64,000 bases of DNA. Origin: Vicinamibacteria bacterium (GTDB taxonomy: Bacteria > Acidobacteriota > Vicinamibacteria > Marinacidobacterales > Marinacidobacteraceae). Below, piece after piece: positions 1 through 9,570 of this stretch. The stretch covers positions 1,984,001-2,048,000 of the forward strand of contig OZ219816.1 of the NCBI GenBank assembly GCA_964291235.2, written 5' to 3'. A model generated the notes under the pieces. It did not search any database, was not told the DNA's origin, and worked only from the letters and a program-made list of their open reading frames with translations. Both the position numbers and the translations under genes were made by a program. Within the stretch, counting starts at the first letter, position 1; every line of letters starts with the position of its first letter.

Positions 1-1266
1 CGGCCCCAGCGTGGCCTCGAGCGGCGCGATCGCCTGCGGCAGCATGTGGACGGCGTAGGCGAAGACCAGGAGCGCCAGCGTCTGGTAGAGGAAGGGAGCC
101 ACGTTGACCGCGAAGAAGACGAGCGACAGGCCCACGACCAGTCCGGGCAGCCCGAAGCCGATGTGCGAAATGGCGCGCAGGGCGGAACTCCGCCGGGACG
201 GGAAGCGCACGGTCAGGAAAGCCACCGGAATCGCGAGTGCGGTCGTCGCGACCGCGGCGAGGAGGGATACGAGCCCCGTCCGGCCAAGTGCGGGAACCAG
301 TCCCGCCAGCGCTCCGTCAGGCGCCTGGATGAGCCAGTAGAGACACACCCCGACCGGCAGAACGAGCGCGGGGAGCAGCACGAGCAGGCAAAAGCCCAGA
401 CCGGCCCAGGTCCAGCGGCCGAGCGCGTGGATGCGGGGCGGGCGGGACTGGGTGGCGCCGGGCGACGGACCGGAAGCCTTGTCGAAGCGACTGGCGGCGG
501 CAAGCACCAGGAGGGTCGCGAGCACGAGCAGGAGCGCGAGTCCCGCCGCGGTGTGCCGGTCGAGGGATCCGCGCACCTGGTTGTAGATGGCCCAGGTGAA
601 CGTCTCGTAGCGCAGCAGGGAGACGGCGCCGAAGTCGCTTAGCGTGTAGAGCGCGGCGAGCAATCCGCCGGAAAGAAGCGCGGTGGACAACAGCGGCAGG
701 GTCACCCGCCGGAAGCGCCGCCAGCGGCCGGCGCCAAGCACTCGCGCGGCGTCGTCCAGCGAGGAATCGAGGACCGCGAACCGGGCGCGGGCCGCCAGGT
801 ACACGTAGGGGTAGTTGAGAAGTACGAGCACCAGAAAGGCGCCGGGGAAGCCGTAGATCTCGGGAAGCCGCTCCCAGCCGGTGAAGGGCTCGAGCGCGCG
901 TTGGAGGAGTCCGCGCGGGCCGAGGGCGGTAGCCACGGTGAATGCCGCCACGTAGGACGGCACCGCGAGCGGCAGGGCGAGAAGACCGGTCAGGATGCGC
1001 CGGCCCGGAAGATCGGTCCGCGCGGTGAGCCACGCGAGCGGCAGCCCCAGCGCTGCGGCTCCCACTGCCACCGCTCCCGTCAGGAGGAGCGTCCTTCCCG
1101 CGATCCCGATGCTGCGTTCGCGCAGCAGTACGTCGAACAGCCCCCCGCCGGCGATCGCCCGTCCGGCCAGATAGAGAAGCGGCAGCAGGCACATCGCCGC
1201 GACGACGATGCCGGCAGCACGAAGCCGCCGCGACGGCCAGCGGGTTCGGCGCGCCGGAATGCTCAT
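1..1266 (-). CDS. Iron(III) ABC transporter permease (FbpB-like), 3' end runs off the window
   Basis: Manual translation from ATG at 1266 gives MSIPARRTRWPSRRLRAAGIVVAAMCLLPLLYL..., with hydrophobic helices and a YTLSDFGAVSLLRYETFT segment typical of FbpB/ThiP permeases. It lies directly downstream of an Fe3+-binding protein gene. Absent from the ORF track because it is open at the window edge. Confidence 0.85.
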   Translation of the reverse strand, partial: MSIPARRTRWPSRRLRAAGIVVAAMCLLPLLYLAGRAIAGGGLFDVLLRERSIGIAGRTLLLTGAVAVGAAALGLPLAWLTARTDLPGRRILTGLLALPLAVPSYVAAFTVATALGPRGLLQRALEPFTGWERLPEIYGFPGAFLVLVLLNYPYVYLAARARFAVLDSSLDDAARVLGAGRWRRFRRVTLPLLSTALLSGGLLAALYTLSDFGAVSLLRYETFTWAIYNQVRGSLDRHTAAGLALLLVLATLLVLAAASRFDKASGPSPGATQSRPPRIHALGRWTWAGLGFCLLVLLPALVLPVGVCLYWLIQAPDGALAGLVPALGRTGLVSLLAAVATTALAIPVAFLTVRFPSRRSSALRAISHIGFGLPGLVVGLSLVFFAVNVAPFLYQTLALLVFAYAVHMLPQAIAPLEATLGP

Positions 1267-1362
1267 CGCTTCCGGTGAAGGCTGTTCATGATTTCGCCAC
1301 CTGCCACCGGTGGCGCGGACGGTGCTCCGGGCGGGGGACGCGCCCCGGACCCGGAGAACCGG

Positions 1363-2403
1363 CTATATCGCTCCTACCTCACGGAGGAGATCCAGCGTCC
1401 CCCGCAGGTCGTCGAGGTCCCCGAGCGCCAGATCCGGAGGGTTGATTTCGGCAAGCGGCGTAACCGCGGGATCCGTGGCGATCCCCGGGACCAGCGGGTA
1501 CTCGAAGGTTTCCCGGGCGAAGCGCTCCTGCGCGGACTCGGTGAGCAGGTACGCCAGAAAACGCTCGGCTCCCTCGGGGTTGGCCGCGGTGTTCACCACG
1601 CCTCCCCCCGAGATGTTGATGAGCCCGCCGGCGCCGCCTCCCCTGGGGCTCACCGTACGGGCCGCGAACTCTGGTCCATGCTGGACGAGGAAGCGGAACA
1701 GGTAGTAGTGGTTGGAGAGCGCGAGTTCCACCTCGCCGTCCGCAACCGCCTGGTAGATGGCCGAGTTGTTCGGATACGCCACCGGTTCGTTCGCCAGGAC
1801 GCCCTCGAGCCATGCCCGGGCAGCGTCCTCTCCCTCGAGCAGCCGGACCGCCGTCACGAACGCCTGGAACGATCCGTTCGTCGGCGCCCAGCCGATCCGG
1901 CCCTTCCAGCGAGGATCGGTCAGGCCCTCGATCGTGTCCGGCAGGTCCTCGGGGGCAAGAAGCTCGGTGTTATACACGAACACCCGGGCGCGGCCGGTGG
2001 TACCCACCCAGCGCCCATCCGGATCCCGGAAACGATCGGACACCCGGTCGAGGATCGACTCGGGAAGCGGGCTCAGGCGGCCTTCGCTGGCGAGTTGGCC
2101 GAGCGCCCCCGCGTCCTGGCCGTAGTACACGTCCGCCGGACTCTGGTCACCCTCTTCGAGGATCTGCGCAGCAAGGTCCGCGGTACCGCCGTAGCGGATC
2201 TCCACCTGAATCCCGGTCTCCGCCTGGAAGGCCTCCACCACCGGCCCGACGAGCGATTCGCCGCGGCCGCAGTAGATTGTGAGGGTCTCGGGTTCCGGCG
2301 CACCGGTGCAGCCGGCCGCCGCGGTGAGCACAATTGCGACGGCTGCCAGCGCGCCGGAACCCGGCGCCGACGGCCTCTTTTCGATATTGAAAGTGGGTTT
2401 CAT
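1363..2403 (-). CDS. Iron(III) ABC transporter substrate-binding lipoprotein (FbpA/FutA family)
   Basis: Lipobox-like AAAGC; EGDQSPADV and NHYY (tandem Tyr iron ligands) motifs; FEYPLVPG near the C-terminus. Start placed at ATG 2403 because the longer ORF overlaps the divergent gene. Confidence 0.88.
   Translation of the reverse strand: MKPTFNIEKRPSAPGSGALAAVAIVLTAAAGCTGAPEPETLTIYCGRGESLVGPVVEAFQAETGIQVEIRYGGTADLAAQILEEGDQSPADVYYGQDAGALGQLASEGRLSPLPESILDRVSDRFRDPDGRWVGTTGRARVFVYNTELLAPEDLPDTIEGLTDPRWKGRIGWAPTNGSFQAFVTAVRLLEGEDAARAWLEGVLANEPVAYPNNSAIYQAVADGEVELALSNHYYLFRFLVQHGPEFAARTVSPRGGGAGGLINISGGGVVNTAANPEGAERFLAYLLTESAQERFARETFEYPLVPGIATDPAVTPLAEINPPDLALGDLDDLRGTLDLLREVGAI
2388..2402. 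promoter_or_regulatory. Putative Fur-box-like 7-1-7 operator (TGAAAGTGGGTTTCA)
   Basis: AT-rich imperfect inverted repeat TGAAA-N5-TTTCA resembling TGATAAT-N-ATTATCA, located at the 5' end of an iron-uptake operon. Confidence 0.45.
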
Positions 2404-2467
2404 AGTTGATAACTCTAGCAAACGCCGGACTTCGGTGCGGGGATTGCAGGCTCGGAGTTCCCATCCC

Positions 2468-3583
2468 ATGCGCGTTCCAGTAATCCCCTTCCCGGCTGTC
2501 CTGGCGGTCCTGAGCCTTGCGGGCAGCGCTTTGGCGGCGCCCGGGGCCCAGATCGAACTGGAACGACGGGTCTCCGCGGTGTACCGCTCCGCAAGTCCGG
2601 CGGTCGTGAACATCACCGCGGAGATCCAGAGCTACGACTGGTTCCGCGGCCAGGTCACGCAGGAAGGCTCCGGCTCGGGATTCGTCTATGACCGGGACGG
2701 CCGCATCGTCACGAACTACCACGTCGTGGAGGGAGCCGATCAGCTCCAGGTCACCTTCGCCGACGGCGAAGTGCGCGACGCCCGGCTCGTGGGGGCCGAC
2801 CCTTCGAACGACCTGGCCGTTCTCGAGGTGGGAGCCGGCGCCAACGATCCGGAACCCCTCACCCTCGGTGACTCCGAGGCTCTTGAAGTCGGGCGGTTCG
2901 TGGTGGCCATCGGGCACCCGTTTGGCCTCGACCAGACCCTTACCACCGGGGTGGTGAGCGGCCTCGGCCGCGTCATCGAGAGTCCGGATCAGGGATTCAT
3001 CGGCGAGATCATTCAGACGGACGCGGCGATCAACCAGGGGAACTCCGGGGGGCCGCTCCTCGACCTCGACGGCCGCCTGGTCGGGGTGAACAGCGCCATC
3101 GTGAGCCCCACCGGGACCTCGGCGGGAATCGGATATGCGATTCCCGCCGCGACCCTGGTGCGCGTGGTGCCCGAACTCATTCGAAACGGCAGGTATCCCC
3201 ATCCCCACCTGGCGATCTCCGTTCAGGAAGTGCAACCCCGGTTCGCCGCCTACTTTCGCCGGGTCGGAATCCCCGCCCCTCCCGAGGGAGGGCTCATGAT
3301 CCGGGCGGTCGCCCGGGGCGGGCCGGCCGACAGCGCCGGACTGCGCGGAGCCGGCCAGGTGGGCCGGATCGGCAACCTGCGGGTGCGTTACGGCGGGGAC
3401 TACCTGCTGGCGGTGGACGGGCAGACGGTGACCGCCGAACGGGATCTCCTGCTCCTGCTGGAAACGAACTACCGGGTCGGGGACGAGGTCGAGCTTCGGA
3501 TCTGGCGGGATGATCTCGAACTCGACGTGCAGGTGCGGCTCATCGACCGCGACACCGTGGTGAGACGGCGGCGACGGCGCTGA
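2468..3583 (+). CDS. HtrA/DegP-like trypsin serine protease with PDZ domain
   Basis: Signal peptide; GSGSGF, TNYHVV (His), DLAVL (Asp) and QTDAAINQGNSGGPL (Ser) motifs; C-terminal PDZ-like region. Confidence 0.93.
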   Translation: MRVPVIPFPAVLAVLSLAGSALAAPGAQIELERRVSAVYRSASPAVVNITAEIQSYDWFRGQVTQEGSGSGFVYDRDGRIVTNYHVVEGADQLQVTFADGEVRDARLVGADPSNDLAVLEVGAGANDPEPLTLGDSEALEVGRFVVAIGHPFGLDQTLTTGVVSGLGRVIESPDQGFIGEIIQTDAAINQGNSGGPLLDLDGRLVGVNSAIVSPTGTSAGIGYAIPAATLVRVVPELIRNGRYPHPHLAISVQEVQPRFAAYFRRVGIPAPPEGGLMIRAVARGGPADSAGLRGAGQVGRIGNLRVRYGGDYLLAVDGQTVTAERDLLLLLETNYRVGDEVELRIWRDDLELDVQVRLIDRDTVVRRRRRR

Positions 3584-3587
3584 GACC

Positions 3588-5321
3588 TCAATGTCTCTTC
3601 AGTAACCGGAACAATAAAAAGGCTGAGGCCACCCCGAGGACCGCCCAGCCTACGAGGGCTGCGGTCCCGTGCGCGAAGAGCAGCGCCCCCACCCCGAACA
3701 GCACCGAATAGACCATCACGCAGGCCACCGGCCACGCGAGGAACGCGCGGGCCGCCGGCTCGGGGCGCGTCCCGGTGCGCGCGTACGCGGCGCCCCAGCC
3801 GGCCTGCGGCGGCCGGGTGCGCTCGACGAACGCGTCAAGCGTCGCTTTCGATTCCGGCCGCGTCATCAGCGTGGCGCCCAGCCAGACCACCGTGGTCGCG
3901 GCGAGGCCGATCACGAGACCGCGGATCGAGCCCGGTTCGATCCCGAGGAGCGGGAGGGACACCGCTACTGCCAGGGATCCCGCCATCGCGGCGATCTCGC
4001 TCCAGGCGTTGATGCGCCACCACAACCACCGGGCGATGAAGAGGGGGCCGGTGCCGGCGCCGATCTGGAGCAGCAGGCCGAAACCTCCCCGGGCGGTATC
4101 GATGAAGAGGGTGAGCAACCCTGCCGCCGCCATCAGCACGACGGTCGCGACGCGCGCGACCACCACGGATTCCCGGGCGCCGGCGCCCGACCGGAAGAAC
4201 CGCCGGTAAACATCCTCCACCACATAGGAGGCGCCCCAGTTGAGGTGGGTGTCCACGGTGGACATGTAGGCGCCGGCGAGCGAGGCGGCGGCCAGTCCCA
4301 ATAGTCCGGGCGGCAGCAGCCGGAGCATGAGCGGATACGCGAGGTCGTCACCGACCAGCGCCGGGTCGAGCCCGGGCAGCGCGTCGCGGAGCGCCGCGAC
4401 ATCCGGATACACGGCCAGGGAGGCCAGGGCGACGAGAATCCAGGGCCAGGGCCGCAGGGTGTAGTGCGCGATGTTGAACCAGAGCGTTCCCCGGAGAGCG
4501 TCCTTCTCGCTGCGGGCCGCCAGCATCCGCTGGGCGATGTAACCGCCGCCTCCGGGCTCCGCTCCGGGGTACCAGACGCTCCACCACTGGAGCGCGACCG
4601 GCACCACAAAGAGGACCGCGAACGCTTCGGTCCCGGTAGGCGGAACGACGGCGAGGCGATCCCCGAACTGCTCGACGAGTCCCGAAAGACCGCCCACCGC
4701 CGGATGGTCCAGCGCCCAGACGGCGGCCACCACCGCCCCCACCATGGACAGGACGAATTGCAGGAGGTCGGTAACCACCACGCCCCAAAAACCCGCCACC
4801 ACCGCGTACGCGGCCGCGAGACTGCCGGCGATCAGCACCGCGGTGGACTTTTCGAGGCCGAAGAGGACCCCTCCGATCTTGGCGCCCGCCAGGGTGACGG
4901 TGGCAATAACCACGCAGTTGAAGAAGACCCCGAGATAGACCGCGCGAAAACCTCGCAGGAAAGCGGCCGGCTTTCCCGAATAGCGGATCTCGTAGAACCC
5001 GAGATCGGTGGTCAGGCGGCTCCGCCGCCAGAGCGGCGCGAAGACGAACACCGTGAGCATGCCCGTGATGCAGAAAGCCCACCAGGCCCAATTGGCGGCC
5101 ACGCCGTTTTGGCGAACGAGCTCGGCGACGAGGTTCGGGGTGTCGGTGGAAAACGTCGTCGCCACCATGGAGGTGCCGAGCAGCCACCAGGGAAGCCGCC
5201 GGCCGGCGAGGAAGAAGGAGTCGCTGTCCTTGGCCGCGAAACGGACCGCCCAGAGGCCGATGGCGAGCACGGCGCCGAGGTAGAGCCCGAAGACGATCCA
5301 GTCGAGCCCGCCAAAAGCCAC
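3588..5321 (-). CDS. Sodium:solute symporter (SSS) family protein
   Basis: FFLAGRRLPWW, SMVATTFSTDTP, QRMLAA and AYMSTVDTHLNW motifs with many TM helices. Start is GTG 5321 or the upstream codon at 5363. Confidence 0.9.
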   Translation of the reverse strand: MAFGGLDWIVFGLYLGAVLAIGLWAVRFAAKDSDSFFLAGRRLPWWLLGTSMVATTFSTDTPNLVAELVRQNGVAANWAWWAFCITGMLTVFVFAPLWRRSRLTTDLGFYEIRYSGKPAAFLRGFRAVYLGVFFNCVVIATVTLAGAKIGGVLFGLEKSTAVLIAGSLAAAYAVVAGFWGVVVTDLLQFVLSMVGAVVAAVWALDHPAVGGLSGLVEQFGDRLAVVPPTGTEAFAVLFVVPVALQWWSVWYPGAEPGGGGYIAQRMLAARSEKDALRGTLWFNIAHYTLRPWPWILVALASLAVYPDVAALRDALPGLDPALVGDDLAYPLMLRLLPPGLLGLAAASLAGAYMSTVDTHLNWGASYVVEDVYRRFFRSGAGARESVVVARVATVVLMAAAGLLTLFIDTARGGFGLLLQIGAGTGPLFIARWLWWRINAWSEIAAMAGSLAVAVSLPLLGIEPGSIRGLVIGLAATTVVWLGATLMTRPESKATLDAFVERTRPPQAGWGAAYARTGTRPEPAARAFLAWPVACVMVYSVLFGVGALLFAHGTAALVGWAVLGVASAFLLFRLLKRH

Positions 5322-5449
5322 GCGCGAACCGTAACCCGTCGAGCGGATCCCGGATCGGGCCACCGGCCAAATCGATGCGTTTCCTTCGCCGCCATCCAGG
5401 TTGCGTTCCCCGCTGCCCGGTCGGGGCGCGCCCTAAACTCCCGTCCCCT

Positions 5450-6316
5450 ATGCGGGTGGCGGCGGTCCTCGGGATCTTCCTGGCGTCGGCTACTGCGGCG
5501 GCGGCCCAGGGGGTGCAGATCGGGGACAACCAGGCCGCGGTGGCGCTGCTCGAGCGGGTGCTGGAGCGCCGTCAGGAGGTCCGCCCCCTCGAGGGACACC
5601 TCACGTTCCGCCAGTTGATCACCACCGAGCGGCTCAACGAAGAGCGGAACGTCGTTTCCAGCGCCAACGCGCTGTACGAATACCGGCCGGAGCACGGCCG
5701 CCACCTCTGGAAGCTGCTGGAACTCGACGGGGATCCGATCGCGGGGCGGCGTCTTCGGCGGGAAGACCGGCGCTACCGGCGGGCCATCGAAGCGGCGAAG
5801 GAAGAGGCCGAAGAGGATCGCCTGGCTCGGGAGCGTCAGGATCCGGACTACGAAATGCGCCCCAAGAACGGGATGGACCTCTTCTACAAGATCGTGAAGG
5901 ACGCAATCGAAATGGAGATGTTCGAGGGCGAGTTGTTCGAAGGCCCGCACTGGCGCGGCCGGCCCATGCAGGTCATCCGTTTCCGGCCCCGCCCGGGGTT
6001 CGACGACGCTCCCAACCGGATGATGTCCGTCGTTTCCAAGTGCGAAGGGGAATTGTGGGTGGATACCGACAATCTCCAGATCGCCCGGGTGCGCACCGTT
6101 CTCCAGGAGGAGGAGAACTTCGTCGCCGGCCTCTTCGGGCGCCTCCACCGGGGGACGAGCGCCGACGTGGAGAGCGAGTTCGACGGGAACCTCTGGCTGC
6201 CGCAACGCGTGACCATGACCGTGGACGCCCGGATGTTCTTCTTCCGCCGAATTCGCAGGCGGGTTCTTTATGACTTTCTCGGCTTTCGTTCGCTCGCGGC
6301 GACAGCGGACCGATAG
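5450..6316 (+). CDS. Secreted hypothetical protein (possibly lipoprotein-sorting/LolA-like beta-rich fold)
   Basis: Signal peptide MRVAAVLGIFLASATAAAA; GELWVD...IAR and WLP beta-rich segments; good coding bias. Confidence 0.6.
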   Translation: MRVAAVLGIFLASATAAAAQGVQIGDNQAAVALLERVLERRQEVRPLEGHLTFRQLITTERLNEERNVVSSANALYEYRPEHGRHLWKLLELDGDPIAGRRLRREDRRYRRAIEAAKEEAEEDRLARERQDPDYEMRPKNGMDLFYKIVKDAIEMEMFEGELFEGPHWRGRPMQVIRFRPRPGFDDAPNRMMSVVSKCEGELWVDTDNLQIARVRTVLQEEENFVAGLFGRLHRGTSADVESEFDGNLWLPQRVTMTVDARMFFFRRIRRRVLYDFLGFRSLAATADR

Positions 6317-6335
6317 GCTTACGGATTCGCGCGTC

Positions 6336-7085
6336 ATGATGACCCTGGTCCCGCTGGAAGGACTCCCGGAAGTCCAACCGGGAGACGATCTGTCCCGTTT
6401 GCTGCTCGACGGGATGCTGCACGCGCACGTCGAGCCGGCCGACGGCGATGTTCTCGTCGTGTGCCACAAGGTGGTGTCCAAGGCCGAGGGCCGGCTGGTT
6501 TCCCTGGAACGCATGCAGCCGTCCAAGATCGCTCGTGCCTGGGCGCGCGCGAACGGGCGCGACGAGCGGGAGATCCAGGCGGTAATGGGCGAAGCGAAAG
6601 ACGTCGTCCGGGTCCAGCGCGGAGTTCTCATTACCCAGACCCGTCACGGTTTCGTCTGCGCCAACTCGGGGGTGGACCGTTCGAACGTGCCCGAGGGCCA
6701 CGTCTGCCTGCTGCCCGAGGACCCCGACCGGTCGGCGCACGAGCTCTGCGAGCGCCTCTCCTCGGCGACCGAAGCGGCTCTCGGAGTCGTCATTACCGAT
6801 ACCTGGGGCCGTCCCTTCCGTCTGGGAGCGATCAACGTCGCCATCGGGATCTCGGGCGCCTGTTCGCTCCTCGACTACCGCGGCCAGCAGGATCCGACCG
6901 GTCGCGCGCTGCAGTCGGCGACAACCGCGGTGGGGGACGAACTGGCCGCCGCCGCGGGCATTCTGATGGGCAAGCTGCGGCGGATTCCCGCGGTGCTGGT
7001 ACGGGGTGTGCCATCGGACCCGGCGGGGCAGCCGGGAACGGGGGCCTCCCTGCTCCGCGACCGCGGGAAAGACATCTTCCTGTGA
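6336..7085 (+). CDS. cofE: Coenzyme F420-0:L-glutamate ligase
   Basis: GLPEVQPGDDL, KVVSKAEGR, CANSGVDRSN, LLPEDPD and ITDTWGRPFRLG are characteristic CofE motifs. Confidence 0.92.
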   Translation: MMTLVPLEGLPEVQPGDDLSRLLLDGMLHAHVEPADGDVLVVCHKVVSKAEGRLVSLERMQPSKIARAWARANGRDEREIQAVMGEAKDVVRVQRGVLITQTRHGFVCANSGVDRSNVPEGHVCLLPEDPDRSAHELCERLSSATEAALGVVITDTWGRPFRLGAINVAIGISGACSLLDYRGQQDPTGRALQSATTAVGDELAAAAGILMGKLRRIPAVLVRGVPSDPAGQPGTGASLLRDRGKDIFL

Positions 7086-7780
7086 GCGGCCCCCGCTTTG
7101 CGGTGCTGGGCGGGAGCGGACAATTCGGGCTCGGGCTTGCCTGGAGACTCGCGCTCGGCGGAGCGGAGGTGGTGATCGGATCGCGCGATGCGCAGCGGGC
7201 CTCGGAGGCCGCGATCCGGGTACGGAGCGGTCTCGCGCCGGCGGAGGCGATGCCGGCGAGGAAACTCGCGGTGTCCGGCGCGACGAACCGGGCGGCCGCC
7301 GCAACCGGACAGGTGGTGTTCGTCTCGGTTCCTTTCGCCGGCCAAGCGGCCCTCCTCGAGGAACTTGGCTCCGAACTCGACGGGAAGCTGGTGATCTGCT
7401 GCGGCGTCATCTGGCCGCCGGGATCCCACCCCGAGACCTCCGCCGCGGAGGAAGCGGAACGCGTTCTCCGACAAGCGGGCGCCGCCAGGGCCCGCGTCGC
7501 CGCCGCTTTCCAGACGATCGCCGCCGGCCTCCTGCGACGCGCGCCCGAGCCGGCGGCGGAGAGTTCGGCGCCTGACGTCCTGGTCTTCGCCGACGAAGTT
7601 GCCGAGCGCGAGGCGGCATCCCGGGCCGCGGCACTCACCGGGCTCCGCGCGGTACCGGTCGGACCGCTCCGGAAATCCCGGGCGGCCGAAGCCGCTCTCG
7701 GAATCCTCCTCGACCTCAACCGGGGTGCCGCGCGACACGCCGGTCTGATGGTCACCGGACTGAAAACGCCTGCCGCGTGA
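7082..7780 (+). CDS. npdG: NADPH-dependent F420 reductase (F420H2:NADP+ oxidoreductase)
   Basis: GTG start overlaps the cofE stop (GTGA). Rossmann motif VLGGSGQFGLGLA, then VVIGSRD, SAAEE and AAFQTI; adjacent to cofE. Confidence 0.8.
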   Translation: MSGPRFAVLGGSGQFGLGLAWRLALGGAEVVIGSRDAQRASEAAIRVRSGLAPAEAMPARKLAVSGATNRAAAATGQVVFVSVPFAGQAALLEELGSELDGKLVICCGVIWPPGSHPETSAAEEAERVLRQAGAARARVAAAFQTIAAGLLRRAPEPAAESSAPDVLVFADEVAEREAASRAAALTGLRAVPVGPLRKSRAAEAALGILLDLNRGAARHAGLMVTGLKTPAA

Positions 7781-8832
7781 ACTCCCGTTTCGCACCGAAA
7801 CGGCTCCTGCTGGGGGTCCTGCCCTTCGGCGGAGCGGCGCTCATCCTGGCGCTGCTGTTTCGCCGCATCCCGCCGGAGCGGATGCTCGAGGCGCTCGCCG
7901 GAGCCGACCTGGTCCTGTTCTTCGCGGCGCTCGTCCCGGTCTCCGTGCTGTACGTCCTCCTGGACGGCGCGCTCCTGAGCGCGGTGCTCCGCTGGTTCCA
8001 CCCCCCCGGAATCGGCTTCCGCGAATCCCTCGCGGTCCGCGCGGTGGACTACCTCGTCTCGCTCTGGAACGGGCGCGCCTCGCAGGCCGCCATGGTGGGC
8101 ACCCTCGGGCGGCGCTTCGGAGGAGCGGGCGGCGGGAGCCGGCCGCACGCGGATTCGGGCTACTGGGAATGCGCCGGGACGATCCTCTTCCTGGATCTCT
8201 GCCAAAGGGGCCATCTCCTCCTCTGGGCGGCGGTTGGCGCGATCGTCCTTGGCGGCGCCGCGCCGGAGCACGTTCCGGCGGCCGCCGCGATCGGTTTCGC
8301 CGGCCTCTGCCTGCTCGTCGCCTTCCTGCGGGGCCGGCTCAAGGGCGCCGGGCTCGGGCCGCCCCGCTGGAGGCTGCTCCACTCGCTGCGGAGGGCGGCC
8401 CCCAGGCACTACGCCGCGGTGCTGGCCCTGAAGGCCCCCCTGATCGTGGCCGCCGCCGTCGGGCACCACTTCGCGCTTGGCGCCTTCGGTATCCAGATTC
8501 CGGTGGGAGCCCTCGTCGCCACCCTCCCGATCATCTTTCTGGCGGGGGCCCTCCCGATCGCGGTGGCGCGCGTTGGAACGAGCCAGGCCGCCTGGATCTA
8601 TTTCCACGCGGGAGCCGCGGCCGTCTCACCGGGAGGGGAAGCCGCTCTTCTCGCCTACAGCCTGTCGGCCCACCTCACCTTCCTGCTCCTGAACGCGGCG
8701 CTCAGCGCACCATTCCTCCCGGCCGCCTGGCGCACGATTCGCGGCGCGCCCCAGGCCGGCTCCCGGCCGTTCAGTCGAGCCGCCGGTACACGCTCCGGAG
8801 CAACAGCGGATCCCCTCTCCGCGGCATCTTGA
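7777..8832 (+). CDS. Lysylphosphatidylglycerol synthase TM / flippase-like membrane protein
   Basis: Multi-TM protein with LPIAVARVGTSQAAW (LPxxxxGxGxxE-like motif); translationally coupled to npdG. Confidence 0.65.
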   Translation: MNSRFAPKRLLLGVLPFGGAALILALLFRRIPPERMLEALAGADLVLFFAALVPVSVLYVLLDGALLSAVLRWFHPPGIGFRESLAVRAVDYLVSLWNGRASQAAMVGTLGRRFGGAGGGSRPHADSGYWECAGTILFLDLCQRGHLLLWAAVGAIVLGGAAPEHVPAAAAIGFAGLCLLVAFLRGRLKGAGLGPPRWRLLHSLRRAAPRHYAAVLALKAPLIVAAAVGHHFALGAFGIQIPVGALVATLPIIFLAGALPIAVARVGTSQAAWIYFHAGAAAVSPGGEAALLAYSLSAHLTFLLLNAALSAPFLPAAWRTIRGAPQAGSRPFSRAAGTRSGATADPLSAAS

Positions 8833-9466
8833 GTTCGGTCCGGACGACCAGCACGTCATCCGAGACCTGGAAGGTGCGGAACAGTTCGAGTTTGCCGAAG
8901 GCCAGTTCCCGTTCCTCGCGGACTCGCGCGATACCCCCGCGGAATTCGGCCACGCTGGTAATCCGCCCTCCGCGCCCGTCCTCGCGGGCGTGCTCTTCGC
9001 CGTCGAGGTAGAGGATCTGCACCCGCTCCTCGAGAACCAGGCGCAGTTCCGCCGCATCGGCTTCGATCTCCAGCAGATCCGGCAGACTCAGGACAGGGGC
9101 TCCGCCGCCGCCGGGGCCGCCTCCGCCCACGCCGCCTCTTCCCATACCGCCCCTTCCCATGCCACCCCTGCCGCCGGGCGGCCCGAAACCGCGCCCTCCG
9201 CGCGCGCCTCGCCGGTCCTCGGCTTCCGCCATGGCCTGCTGCATGACCTCGGCCGGGTCATCGCTTTGCTCGGGGTCGAGTTCCCAGAGCCCGGCAAGAT
9301 CCGCGGCATTCTGAGCGACCCCGGCTGCCGCCGGAGCCGTACCCCAGACGAAGAGGAGGACGCCCGTCAGAACGCCCGAAAAAACTCCGGCGAGGGCACT
9401 CGGGGAAGACCCGCGGGGGGGTGTCGCGATCGTCATCGGGGTCAGTCTATCGAGAGGTTTCCGCAT
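8771..9466 (-). CDS. Secreted hypothetical protein with Gly-rich low-complexity linker
   Basis: Signal-like hydrophobic stretch, DLAGLWELDPEQSDDP, GGRGGMGRGGMGRGG repeats and C-terminal RSVYRR; start uncertain (9466 or 9436). Confidence 0.65.
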   Translation of the reverse strand: MRKPLDRLTPMTIATPPRGSSPSALAGVFSGVLTGVLLFVWGTAPAAAGVAQNAADLAGLWELDPEQSDDPAEVMQQAMAEAEDRRGARGGRGFGPPGGRGGMGRGGMGRGGVGGGGPGGGGAPVLSLPDLLEIEADAAELRLVLEERVQILYLDGEEHAREDGRGGRITSVAEFRGGIARVREERELAFGKLELFRTFQVSDDVLVVRTELKMPRRGDPLLLRSVYRRLD

Positions 9467-9570
9467 GATGCACCGCATTCTGCAAGACCCGCGCCACCGC
9501 ATTTTCGGAGGCCGTTTGCCCATCCCCCGGAGCCTCCATAGAATGGCCTATTCGGAGACGTAACACGCGT

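Noticed and set aside
8771-8832. 62-bp convergent gene overlap as a regulatory feature
   Set aside because: Short 3' overlaps are common in high-GC genomes, and the overlapping tail of the membrane protein is low-complexity.
9100-9215. Short tandem repeat in the Gly-rich gene as a contingency locus
   Set aside because: It consists of degenerate in-frame codons for a GGRGGMG linker, not a perfect slippage tract.
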